Part shown: in pieces, positions 41,098-50,398 of the stretch | Layout of the letters: each line of letters opens with the position of its first letter | How positions within the stretch are numbered: the stretch's first letter is position 1 | DNA from: Dehalococcoidia bacterium | GTDB taxonomy: Bacteria; Chloroflexota; Dehalococcoidia; Plut-88900 | Direction: 5' to 3' | Length of the DNA: 64,000 bases | NCBI GenBank assembly: GCA_965249275.1 | Contig: CBDFLQ010000007.1 | Location: forward strand, 480,001 to 544,000 | The notes under the pieces: generated by a model | What the model was told of the DNA's origin: nothing | The model's database searches: none | The model's input: the letters and a program-made list of their open reading frames with translations, nothing else | Program-made: the position numbers and the translations under genes

Positions 41098-42153
41098 TGT
41101 AAGTGTTAGGTAATTCGTTGACAGATTGGTATAAGAAGCCAACACCAATCTGGAGGCGAAAATGCGAGACAACAGCAAGGACCTCACCCTTGAAAGGAAC
41201 TACATTCAAAAGTGGCGGTTCCTCATCCATGAGTATCAACTGGTCAAGGCCAGGAAGCATCCCCGCTTCCGCTTTGCCCAGGACTTCTATGCCTTCCACG
41301 GCACTACATGTCAGACCTTTGCCAAGTACTACAACCGGTTCCTCCTCTCCCCCTCCGACGAAGCCTTCTTCCCCCGTAAACGGGGCCCCAATTGGAAGAG
41401 CCGCCGTACCCTGCCCTACATCGAGCAGAAGGTTCTCACCGAACGGCTCAACGGTACCAATCGCTACGAGATATATGCCATACTCAAGCCCATCCTCAAA
41501 CAGCACACTCCTAAGCCCTCTACCATCTACGCCATCACCAGACGCCACGGTGTTAATAGGCTCACTAAGCCGATGCAGCAGTCCAAGCGCAAGATCATCA
41601 AGACCCGGGCAGGGGAGCTGGGGCACCTGGACAGCCACCACCTCAGCCGGGACCTCCTGGTAGACTCCAAGCGCCGTTACTATCTGGTCGCCCTCATTGA
41701 CGCCTGCACCCGCTTGGCCTGGGCCGAAGTGGTCGGAGACATCAAGAGCCTCTCTGTGATGTTCGCAACCCTGAAATCCATCAACTTCCTTAACGCGGAG
41801 TACGGCATCCAATTCGAGGCTATCCTCACCGACAATGGCCCTGAGATGGCCTCGCCCAGGAACATCGAGGGCCACCCCATGGAACGGATGCTCAATGAGC
41901 TGGGCATCAAGCACCGCTACACACGCCCTTATAGGCCCCAGACCAACGGGAAGATAGAGCGGTTCTGGAGAACCCTGAACGAGGACCTGCTGGAGGGGAC
42001 CACCTTCGAGTCGGTGGCAGAACTGCGGGACGAACTGCAGCAATATCTGCTCTACTACAATACCCAGAGACCCCACCAGGCAATGGACGGAAAGACCCCT
42101 TTGGAGACCCTTCAATCTCTCTAATTCTGTCAACGAATCATCTGACATCTACA
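41098..42153 (+). mobile_element. IS481-family insertion sequence, copy 2 (1056 bp) with ATTCC target duplication
   Basis: GTC-ATTCC[TGT...ACA]ATTCC-GAGGCTCCGCGAGGAATCT. Confidence 0.92.
41162..42124 (+). CDS. IS481-family DDE transposase
   Basis: 320 aa; differs from copy 1 at 6 residues by eye. Confidence 0.92.
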   Translation: MRDNSKDLTLERNYIQKWRFLIHEYQLVKARKHPRFRFAQDFYAFHGTTCQTFAKYYNRFLLSPSDEAFFPRKRGPNWKSRRTLPYIEQKVLTERLNGTNRYEIYAILKPILKQHTPKPSTIYAITRRHGVNRLTKPMQQSKRKIIKTRAGELGHLDSHHLSRDLLVDSKRRYYLVALIDACTRLAWAEVVGDIKSLSVMFATLKSINFLNAEYGIQFEAILTDNGPEMASPRNIEGHPMERMLNELGIKHRYTRPYRPQTNGKIERFWRTLNEDLLEGTTFESVAELRDELQQYLLYYNTQRPHQAMDGKTPLETLQSL

Positions 42154-42224
42154 ATTCCGAGGCTCCGCGAGGAATCTGGGGCGGGCGTCCAGTCCCCCTC
42201 TCCCCACTTTGTGACACCAACCCC

Positions 42225-42254
42225 TTGACCAAACTGGAACGCCTGTACTATCCT
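42225..42254 (+). promoter_or_regulatory. promoter with LexA/SOS-like box (locus 2)
   Basis: TTGACC-18 nt-TATCCT with GAAC-GCCT-GTAC in the spacer. Confidence 0.62.
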
Positions 42255-42259
42255 TCTCC

Positions 42260-42890
42260 ACGTCTGGCCAGTCACCCACCCTAAACCCAAGGAGGAACCA
42301 AAACCCAGGGGGAACCCCAGCCCCGGCCCCCGAGGACTCAACGTCCCAGCCTATCCCGCTAGAGCGGTCCACACCGCTCCTCGGCTCAAGCGAAAGCCGC
42401 CATCTCCTCACCTAAAGGCCCCGGCTCACCCTTCCCCCACCACCCAGGCGATGGAAGGTCCATAGACTATACCCGGCACGTCCATCAAAGGACCCCTGCC
42501 GATTCAACGCTTCCCGTCATCGGATGCGTTTACACCGGCCTATTGCATGCCGGTTTGCCGGATCGGTCAACCGACCCCCGGATTAGCAGGGCACTCGTGT
42601 CCTTGTTTGTCCCGCCGTCTCCATCATCCGTCTACCCGACTGATGCACAGAGACGCCGGTCTGAAAGTCCGCCTCAGGTGGTATCTTCCCCGTCAGCGGT
42701 CCGGTCATGTGCCGCTGCCGGAGGGATCGGCCCCACACAACCTTGACCACAGCCGACAACATGTGGGGATAAGCCAGACCGGTGCCGACAGCTCGGCCAC
42801 AACCCCCGGCCTGGATTCTAGTCTCGGACCTTCCATCGCCAACTCCCCCCCACCCACACAAACCAAAACCGAGGTTTCCCATCCACAACT
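42260..42890 (+). ncRNA. putative large structured ncRNA (cassette 2)
   Basis: leader homologous to locus 1; 15-bp perfect stem 42447-42461/42826-42840 enclosing a run of hairpins; boundaries approximate. Confidence 0.6.
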
Positions 42891-42984
42891 GAATAATTCC
42901 CCTACCCACTGCATGAGCCCCTTGCGCATCCGTCATCGCCGAGAAATCGGGCGCACGAAGTACGGCCTTTCTACTCCTGGGGGT

Positions 42985-43240
42985 GGGGCATTCCGCTCAC
43001 CCTGTCACAGATCCGATAAGGCGGGAGCCGAGTCGAAGGGTCTCAATAGCGGAATGGGCGGGGTGTCCCGGCCCCCCGCCCCCGTTGCCCCTGTCATCCC
43101 GAGGCTCCACGAGGGATCTGGGGGGCGGCGTCCTCTCCCTTTTCCTTTCATGGGCCGTAGCTACGCTGACGTATGAGAGGCCCAGCGCCGTAGGCTCGCT
43201 GAGAAGGGTCTAAGACTCGCCGAGGAGGATGAGGGTGTTA
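42985..43240. repeat. REP-like palindrome mosaic
   Basis: near-copy of 23615-23702 plus a family A unit at 43092. Confidence 0.65.
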
Positions 43241-43287
43241 CCCCTGCCACTCAGTTTCAGACTAATCCGTCCGCTCTCGGTTAACCC

Positions 43288-43728
43288 CTACTTCCGCCAC
43301 ACCGAGGACGCGCCCACCTTCACCACCGGGACCCCGTCCTGATTGGTGAACAGAGCTTCCTTCTTCAGAAACACCATGGGCCCCGAACGCCCGGTCTTCG
43401 CGTAAACGTCGGTCACCATTATTGAGGCGTCCAGTACGTCTCCCGGCCTGACCGCGCCGATTGGCTCTACCCAGTACCCCGCAAGGTAAAGCACCCCGTC
43501 GAAGTCCAGTTGCAAATCTGGGGGTTCCCAATCGTCGATTAGCAGGACGGGAAGGGAGGGGGGAGCGGTCATTCCGTGAGAGTTGCCGTCTCCCACGAAT
43601 TTCGGGTTCGTTTCGCCCGTGGAAGTTGTGTGCAGCGCGATCATCTCTTGCGTTATGCGAAACGGCCCTGCCTTGAAGGTCGTATTCAGAATGTCCCGGT
43701 TGAATTTAAACTCGAACTCTTCAGCCAT
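43288..43728 (-). CDS. MaoC/FAS1-like hotdog dehydratase
   Basis: GETNP, APPSL, VRPGDVL, KTGRSGPMVF, TNQDG. Confidence 0.85.
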   Translation of the reverse strand: MAEEFEFKFNRDILNTTFKAGPFRITQEMIALHTTSTGETNPKFVGDGNSHGMTAPPSLPVLLIDDWEPPDLQLDFDGVLYLAGYWVEPIGAVRPGDVLDASIMVTDVYAKTGRSGPMVFLKKEALFTNQDGVPVVKVGASSVWRK

Positions 43729-43733
43729 AACTG

Positions 43734-44390
43734 CTACCGGGCCGGAGACAGGTCTTCGAGCCTCACTGGCTCGAAGGCGCCCGACTTCAGCTCCTCAACC
43801 AACTCTTCTATGCTGTTGACGGGATTGCGGAACTCCGTCGCGTATTTTCCGATGGCGTTGACGAAGTGTGCATCGCTCCCTCCGACTCCCTTGAACCCCT
43901 TCTCCTCCGCCAACTCCCGAGCCCTTTCATTCTCCGCCGTGGAGCTGCCGCCGTTTAATATCTCTACGACCTCCACCTCGGGCACCGACACCCCGCTCTC
44001 CACGAACTCCCGCAGCCCGATCCTCTTCCGTCCCGGATGAGCCGGTACCGCAAAAGCTCCCGACGCCTTGGCTTCCTGCACAAGCGACACCGCATCCATC
44101 GTCACGTCCGTGAAGTCGAACTTGTTCAGCAGATAATCGTTGACGCCATAAAGAAGGATGTGGCCGCGGTTGGTGTCCAGCTCCGTGGCCTTGAATATCC
44201 TGATATCGTACTCTTCCTCAAGCTCCGAGTAGTCTCCATCTTTGTCAAAGCCCCGATGCTCGGTCAGCACTATCGCGTCCAGAGCCCCCTTCTTCTTCAC
44301 CACCTTGCTGATCCACTTGGCGTACTGCTCAACCGTGGCGCGCGAATCGTCGGAGAACACGGAGTGGGAATGCATATCAATGATCATCAA
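43734..44390 (-). CDS. PHP-domain phosphoesterase
   Basis: IDMHSHS, LTEH, GHIL, AHP, GGSDAH. Confidence 0.9.
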   Translation of the reverse strand: MMIIDMHSHSVFSDDSRATVEQYAKWISKVVKKKGALDAIVLTEHRGFDKDGDYSELEEEYDIRIFKATELDTNRGHILLYGVNDYLLNKFDFTDVTMDAVSLVQEAKASGAFAVPAHPGRKRIGLREFVESGVSVPEVEVVEILNGGSSTAENERARELAEEKGFKGVGGSDAHFVNAIGKYATEFRNPVNSIEELVEELKSGAFEPVRLEDLSPAR

Positions 44391-44500
44391 TGCCGGCCTT
44401 TGCTAGCTTAGGTTCGCTTGCCCGACATCGGCTAAGGAAGCGGGCGCACGTGCGTCGCTACTTTAGCAACCGGCCATAACCGGGTCAAGGACAACGGGGC

Positions 44501-45523
44501 TTATCGGCCGAATAGGTCGTAGACGGCGTCCAGGTACCGGACCTTGCCCTCCGGCCCGGACCCGTAGCTGTTCTGTGCAAAGAGTATGGAGTCTACGAAC
44601 TCTTCGAATTCGCCGACCCTGCGCCGCACTTCATCTACCGACCCAATGATGGTAAACGCTTCAACCATCTCGTCCGGGACCATATCTATGATCTCGCGGT
44701 CGTAGCCCTTCTCCAGGAACACCTCTCTGATCGCCTCCGCCTCCCGACCGAACCCGTGCCACGAAAATATGGTCTGGTACGGTTTGGTGACGGCAGAGAA
44801 GGCTATCGTGTCCTTGAAATCGTGGAGTGCCTGCTTCTTGTCTTCGGTGATTGCCACGCTGAGGCAGGCGGCAAAGTCGAAATCTTCCCTTTTTCGCCCC
44901 GAGCGCTCCAACCCTATGTTTACGTTGGGCAGCATCACTTCCTTGATCCATTGCGCGGAGCATATCGAGTGAGGCATTAGGCCGTCGGCCACGTCTCCCG
45001 CCATCCGACACATTCCTTCCCTCATCGCGCCGACGTAGATGGGAATGCGTTCCCTCGGCATCGAGTGAACCCTGCTCCAACCCTCTATATCGATGTCGTA
45101 ATACTTGCCCTTGAACCTGACCGGAGTCCCCTGCGACGCTTCTTCTATCACGGCCCTGGTCACCTGAATGCACTCTTTCATATGCGGCGCCGGACGGCCG
45201 TGCGGGACGCCGTACCACCTCTCGTTGATGGTGCGGAATCCCGGGGCCAGACCCAGGGAAAATCGACCGTTGGACAAGGCATCTAGGTCCAGGGCCGACA
45301 ACCCGGTCTCCATCGGGCTGCGTGTGAAGGCATAGGCGATATTACTGCCCAGTCCTATCGACTTCGTCTCTCTGGCAATTGCCGCCAGGGGTATAAATGG
45401 CGAGTTGTAGTAGTGGGTGGACCAGATCCCATCGAAGCCCGCGGCCTCGGCTCGGACTGCCGCCGCAATCTGGCCTTCCATGTCTAAGTCGAGGTCCAGC
45501 CCCAGGTAGTATTTCATCGGCAT
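44501..45523 (-). CDS. LLM-class flavin (possibly F420)-dependent oxidoreductase
   Basis: AEAAGFDGIW, FTRSP, LSNGRFSLGL, AGDVADG. Confidence 0.9.
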   Translation of the reverse strand: MPMKYYLGLDLDLDMEGQIAAAVRAEAAGFDGIWSTHYYNSPFIPLAAIARETKSIGLGSNIAYAFTRSPMETGLSALDLDALSNGRFSLGLAPGFRTINERWYGVPHGRPAPHMKECIQVTRAVIEEASQGTPVRFKGKYYDIDIEGWSRVHSMPRERIPIYVGAMREGMCRMAGDVADGLMPHSICSAQWIKEVMLPNVNIGLERSGRKREDFDFAACLSVAITEDKKQALHDFKDTIAFSAVTKPYQTIFSWHGFGREAEAIREVFLEKGYDREIIDMVPDEMVEAFTIIGSVDEVRRRVGEFEEFVDSILFAQNSYGSGPEGKVRYLDAVYDLFGR

Positions 45524-45572
45524 CTATCGTCTTATGTTCAGTTCGTATGCTTCGGTCATCCTGCCGGACCTC

Positions 45573-46598
45573 CTAGTTCCCAAACACCTCGAACAACCGC
45601 TTTTCATATTCGTCGTGCACCTCTTCCGGAATGAAGTTGTGTGGCACTTCCAGGTCTACCGCGTCGCAAATCTCCTCGAACTCCGCCACCCTTGCCCGGG
45701 CCTCGTCCGCAGTCCCTACCACCACGAAGGTGTCCACCATCTCGTCGGTGATGGGTTCCAGAACCTCATCCCCGAAGCCCTGCAACTTTACAAACGCCTC
45801 CCTGATCTTCTCAGCCTCCTCCTCGTAGCCGTGCCAGTTAACCAGGGGCTGGTAGGTGCGTATCGTCGTGTAAAAGCCGGGGGTTCCCCTGGAGTCCCGG
45901 TATCCCTGCTTCTTGTCGTTCGTTATGGCCACGGTCACCGCCGCCCGGATCTCGAAGTCCTTCCTCTCCCTCCCCGACCTGCTCAACCCTTTCTCAATGT
46001 TCGGGATCACCATTTCTTTGACCCATTGCAAAGACCACATCGGGAAGCCCAACACTCCGTCGGCGACGTCACCGGCGGCCCGGAGCATCCCGTCTCTCAC
46101 TGCAGCCATATAGATCGGAATGCTGCCATTGACCGGCTTGTGTGGCCCCTCCCAGCCCCGCATGTCTATGTCGTAGTACTCGCCCTCGAATCTCACCGGC
46201 TCCCCTGTCGATACCCCGTCCACAATCGCCCGGATGGCCCGGACACACTCCTTGAGGTGAGTAGCAGGCCTGCCGTAATCCGGGACTCCGTGCCACATCT
46301 CGTTCAGCCGCCTCACCCCCGAACCCAGACCCAGAATGAACCGCCCATTGGTCACGGCATCCAGGTCCAGGGAGGTGATAACCGTTTCCAGGGGACTGCG
46401 AGTAAAGCCGTATGCAATGCTCGAGCCCAGCTTTATGTTACTCGTGTGGGAGGCCACCGCCGCCAGCGGCACAAATGGGGATGTGAACAGCTCATTTGAC
46501 CAGGCCGCGTCGAACCCCGCATCCTCGATCTTGCGCGCCTGTGCTATCAGCGCTTGAGAGTCCATGTTGTCGCCTAGCGCGTATCCGTATCTGCCCAT
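45573..46598 (-). CDS. LLM-class flavin (possibly F420)-dependent oxidoreductase (paralog)
   Basis: same motifs; ATG 46598 behind AAGGAGG. Confidence 0.9.
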   Translation of the reverse strand: MGRYGYALGDNMDSQALIAQARKIEDAGFDAAWSNELFTSPFVPLAAVASHTSNIKLGSSIAYGFTRSPLETVITSLDLDAVTNGRFILGLGSGVRRLNEMWHGVPDYGRPATHLKECVRAIRAIVDGVSTGEPVRFEGEYYDIDMRGWEGPHKPVNGSIPIYMAAVRDGMLRAAGDVADGVLGFPMWSLQWVKEMVIPNIEKGLSRSGRERKDFEIRAAVTVAITNDKKQGYRDSRGTPGFYTTIRTYQPLVNWHGYEEEAEKIREAFVKLQGFGDEVLEPITDEMVDTFVVVGTADEARARVAEFEEICDAVDLEVPHNFIPEEVHDEYEKRLFEVFGN

Positions 46599-46723
46599 GC
46601 GGTTAACCTCCTTGGGGCCCTTTCGCAAGGCCCGGCCAGACCGGTAATATACAGGCCGGTTCCCGAACGTGGCAACCGCGCTAGAATGTATGCAGGCCAA
46701 CGCTAGATTCGCCGGAGGTTATC

Positions 46724-47182
46724 ATGAAGATAAGCCCCACACGACTGGGACACGTGGTGCTCAGGGTTCGGAACATCAATCGGTCCGAGGAATTCTACAG
46801 CGGGATTCTAGGGCTTGAGGTCAAAGGACGGCATGAGGACAAGATGGTGTTCTTGAGAAGCAACCCGGACGTCGACCACGACCTCGCTTTGGTGGCTATC
46901 GGGGAAGACGCCCCGGGCCCCGACGCCAATAGCGTCGGCCTATATCACTTCGCGTACGAGCTCGGGTCTTTTGAGGATCTGAGGGATGCCTACCAGCTAG
47001 TCATGGAAAACAGTGTGCGCATAGCCGGCTACGGCAACCACGGAGACACAAAGGGTCTCTATCTTCTCGACCCGGATGGCAACGAAATTGAGCTCTACGC
47101 TCTCGCCCCGGACCACGAATCCGTGCCACTGGAGACCCTACTAAAAGACGGCATCCGTGAATCGGGTGGAGTCGCCAGCTAA
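46724..47182 (+). CDS. VOC/glyoxalase-family protein
   Basis: LGHVVLRV, GLYHFAY, LDPDGNEIEL. Confidence 0.9.
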   Translation: MKISPTRLGHVVLRVRNINRSEEFYSGILGLEVKGRHEDKMVFLRSNPDVDHDLALVAIGEDAPGPDANSVGLYHFAYELGSFEDLRDAYQLVMENSVRIAGYGNHGDTKGLYLLDPDGNEIELYALAPDHESVPLETLLKDGIRESGGVAS

Positions 47183-47312
47183 CCGGATTCCTCGCCGGCC
47201 TACCCCAGCGAGCTGCACCCGCTATGCTATAATCGCCCACGACTCCGCCCCCGGCAACGCGAGTCTTTTCGCATTCTCGGGGCCCGATCTGTAGCCCATC
47301 CCTGGAGGGACA

Positions 47313-48680
47313 ATGAAGACCTCGTTAGCACAAGAGCAGTTTGTCCAGGCCCACCCTAAGTCGCAGGCCCTCGCCCAACGAGCCAGGGACCTTTTCCCCG
47401 ACGGCGTCACCCACGACGGCCGCATGTTCGCACCCTTCCCTATGTACATCGACCGATTGCAGGGCGCCAAGAAGTGGTGCGTAGATGGCCACGAGTACGT
47501 CTGCTACGTCACAGGGCACGGGGCTAGCATCCTGGGTCACAGCCACCCCGAGGTCGTGGAGGCTGTACAGCGGCAGGTCGCTCTTGGGAGCCACGCCAGC
47601 GGCTCCAGCGCCCAGGAGATCGAGCTGGCGGAACTTATTCTCAAGCTATTCCCCTCTGCCGAGAAGCTCCGCTTTACCAACTCAGGCACAGAGGCCAACA
47701 TGATGGCCGTCCGCCTCGCCCGAGCCACCACTGGAAGACCCAAGCTGGTCAAGCTCCAGGGCAACTTCCACGGCTGGGCCGACGCCCTGTTCGCGGGTAT
47801 CGACCCGCCCTTCGAAATGCCGTCTGCAGGACTGCCCCCCGGTGTCCACGAAAGTGTTATCACCCTCCCAACCAATGACGTTCAGGCCCTTGAAAATGCA
47901 CTCTCCAACCGCGACGTCGCTGCCTTCATAATCGAGGGAGCAGGCGCTCACATGGGCACCATCCCCACATCCGCCGAATATGCCCGTGCTGCCCGAGAGC
48001 TCTGCACCAAGTACGGCACCATCTTCATCATCGACGAGGTAGTGAGCGGTTTCCGTTGGGCCCCAGGCGGTTGGCAGGAGACCATCGGCGTCGAGCCGGA
48101 CATCTCCACCATGGCCAAGGTACTCATGGGCGCCATGCCCGGTGGCTGTGTCGCCGGCAAGGAAGAAATTCTCAACGTCATCCAGCACACCGGGGATGCC
48201 GAGCGGGACCGGGCCAAGCGCATGCCACACCCCGGCACCTTCAACGCCAACCCCGTATCCGTTGCAGCGGGCATCGCCTGCCTCAAGATAATCGCCACGG
48301 GTGAACCCCACCGCGTCGCCAACGCCGCCGCCGAGACCCTACGCCAGCAGATGCACGCCGCCCTGCAGGAACGCGGTATATCCGGCTTCGCCTACGGCGA
48401 CGCCTCAATGTTCCACGTTTACCTCGGCGACACCGACTCCGACCCCACCGAGTACTCCAAGCTTCCCGCAGCCACCGCCGAGACCCTCTTCAAGGGCGGC
48501 AACGGCGCTGCCACCGGCAACCTCAGAAAGCAGATGCTCTACAACGGCGTCGACTGCTGGCTCCGCATAGGCATCTGCTCAATGGCCCACGACGACGAGG
48601 CCATCGAGAAGACGATGGACGCCTTTAACAAGGGCCTGGATGCCATCTTGGAAGACGGGGTAGCGCCCCTACGCTCCTAG
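47313..48680 (+). CDS. class III PLP aminotransferase (GSA-aminomutase-like)
   Basis: NSGTEA, FHG, IDEVVSGFR, MAK, GTFNANP. Confidence 0.9.
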   Translation: MKTSLAQEQFVQAHPKSQALAQRARDLFPDGVTHDGRMFAPFPMYIDRLQGAKKWCVDGHEYVCYVTGHGASILGHSHPEVVEAVQRQVALGSHASGSSAQEIELAELILKLFPSAEKLRFTNSGTEANMMAVRLARATTGRPKLVKLQGNFHGWADALFAGIDPPFEMPSAGLPPGVHESVITLPTNDVQALENALSNRDVAAFIIEGAGAHMGTIPTSAEYARAARELCTKYGTIFIIDEVVSGFRWAPGGWQETIGVEPDISTMAKVLMGAMPGGCVAGKEEILNVIQHTGDAERDRAKRMPHPGTFNANPVSVAAGIACLKIIATGEPHRVANAAAETLRQQMHAALQERGISGFAYGDASMFHVYLGDTDSDPTEYSKLPAATAETLFKGGNGAATGNLRKQMLYNGVDCWLRIGICSMAHDDEAIEKTMDAFNKGLDAILEDGVAPLRS

Positions 48681-48767
48681 CTCCCGCTCCGTCCCCTGAT
48701 CTGAAGACATCCAAGAACATAACGTCCTTAGCGTTTTCGAGGGTCTTATATCAGCAGGGAGGGCTCA

Positions 48768-49001
48768 ATGCCGGATAAGATACGGTTCCTGTGGATCGGC
48801 CTGTTCGTTTTCTTTTGGCTTTTCGTCGGAACGCTGGTTCCGGTGATTGCACGCATGGTAGACGTCTTTCCCGGCGATAATCTGGGGATATTCATAGGAG
48901 TGATGCAGACAATGGGATTCGCCTCGATTACCATCCTGGCTGTATCCGCTCTGATCGCACTTGTTCACTACGTGAGCGTGCAGGCTAATAAGAGCAACTA
49001 G
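48768..49001 (+). CDS. small two-TM membrane protein
   Basis: GGAGG RBS; two hydrophobic helices. Confidence 0.6.
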   Translation: MPDKIRFLWIGLFVFFWLFVGTLVPVIARMVDVFPGDNLGIFIGVMQTMGFASITILAVSALIALVHYVSVQANKSN

Positions 49002-49011
49002 CGTGAGTAAG

Positions 49012-49050
49012 TGAAAAGGGGCCTGGGGGGTCGACTCCCAGGCCCCTTTC
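49012..49050. terminator. bidirectional intrinsic terminator
   Basis: GAAAAGGGGCCTGGG...CCCAGGCCCCTTTTC. Confidence 0.8.
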
Positions 49051-49081
49051 CGTAAACGAGCCGCCTGCCTTGGAGTCTCAT

Positions 49082-49423
49082 ATGCCTGACATCATGACTC
49101 TGATAGCCCAAGCCCCTTGGCGCGAGGCGGTCACTTACCGCGATACGTGGCCCCACGAGTACGTTGTAATCCAGAAGGACCAACAACAGGCCCTGCTGAG
49201 CGCATTTTGCCGCCGCATCCTCCAGGGCGAGGGCGTCGAATGCCACTTCTTCCACCAGACCCGCCCATACCTGGTTTTGGGCAACTACAAGTATTGGGTA
49301 ATGGATGAGGTCAAGGATATAGACCCCAATACCTATGACAGCGTTCTGAACCGTGCCCTACTCTACCGGGACCGCCGAGACTTCATCATTCAGCCGGGCG
49401 ACTCCGGTATGAGAGGAGAGTGA
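49082..49423 (+). CDS. conserved hypothetical protein
   Basis: WPHEYVV...YKYWVM...LNRA motif-like pattern; GGAG RBS. Confidence 0.7.
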   Translation: MPDIMTLIAQAPWREAVTYRDTWPHEYVVIQKDQQQALLSAFCRRILQGEGVECHFFHQTRPYLVLGNYKYWVMDEVKDIDPNTYDSVLNRALLYRDRRDFIIQPGDSGMRGE

Positions 49424-49429
49424 CCCATC

Positions 49430-50392
49430 ATGGCTGATCCCGAAGAAGGAATCGAAATAGTGGACGTCCGCGCCAAGTGGACGAATGAGGCCCATGACTT
49501 CACGCCTTGGCTCGCAAAGAACCTGAGAATCTTGGGTGAGGCCGTCGGTCTGAAGCTGGAACCGGTGCGGGAGGAGCAGCAGGTGGGCAGCTTCTCCCTT
49601 GACATTCTAGCCAGAGAGACCAATGAAGACGTTTTGGTCGCTATTGAGAACCAACTGGAATGGACTGACCACAGTCATCTAGGACAGTTACTCACATACG
49701 CGGCGGGATGTGATGCGCGCATCGCAATATGGGTTGCGGACGAATTTCAATACGAGCACGCTGAGGCTCTGCATCAGCTAAACCAGTGGACTGGGAGAAA
49801 CATCAGGTTCTATGGCGTTAAAGTCGATGCCATGCAAACTACCGACGGCTCCCACCTAGAAGCAAAGTTTCATAATGTAGTCAGTCCCCACGGCTGGAAT
49901 AAAGACCTTACCTTGCCCCAACCACCCCCACCATCACCATATATTAAGAAGTTCCGCGACTTCTTCGAACCATTGATCTATGATTTGAGACAGGCAGGCT
50001 TCCTAGACACACCGTTCAAGCGCTTTAACAACCAGGACCGGCACTTTCCCTCTCGCCTCCAAGGCATGTGGTATGGAATGTCCTTAGAAGAGGATAGCTA
50101 CGCCTATGTCACTCTCAATATTGAAACGGGGGACAAGGAGCTGATCAATCGGATATTTGACGAGTTGAAGAGCAACCGGAAAGAGATTGAACCGATGATC
50201 GATGGCGGGCCCGGCTCGGAATGGTGCTGGTTGAGGCATAATCCACACAATTTCTGCACCATAAACATGAGGAAAAATGGGACGATAGACGATCCACCGG
50301 ACAAGCTGAAGGAGACCAGGGCCTGGATGCTGGACCTGCTCCCCAAGCTCAAGGAAGCCTTCGAACCCCGCCTCCAAAAGCTCCTCAAGTAA
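49430..50392 (+). CDS. DUF4268-like protein with N-terminal PD-(D/E)XK-type nuclease-like domain
   Basis: EAHDFTPWL, SLDILA, IENQLE.TDHSHLGQLLTYAAG. Confidence 0.75.
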   Translation: MADPEEGIEIVDVRAKWTNEAHDFTPWLAKNLRILGEAVGLKLEPVREEQQVGSFSLDILARETNEDVLVAIENQLEWTDHSHLGQLLTYAAGCDARIAIWVADEFQYEHAEALHQLNQWTGRNIRFYGVKVDAMQTTDGSHLEAKFHNVVSPHGWNKDLTLPQPPPPSPYIKKFRDFFEPLIYDLRQAGFLDTPFKRFNNQDRHFPSRLQGMWYGMSLEEDSYAYVTLNIETGDKELINRIFDELKSNRKEIEPMIDGGPGSEWCWLRHNPHNFCTINMRKNGTIDDPPDKLKETRAWMLDLLPKLKEAFEPRLQKLLK

Positions 50393-50398
50393 GGTCAC

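Noticed and set aside
30012-42153. Composite transposon formed by the two direct IS481 copies
   Set aside because: Copy 2 has its own ATTCC duplication and the outer flanks (GGAAT/ATTCC) are not a direct repeat; the cargo looks native.
42547-43176. 209-aa ORF and other ORFs over the cassette interiors
   Set aside because: Low-complexity P/S/R-rich translations that run through REPs, with no RBS and no counterpart at the other locus.
20160-43240. CRISPR array
   Set aside because: The repeats are degenerate, irregularly spaced palindromes, and no cas genes are present.
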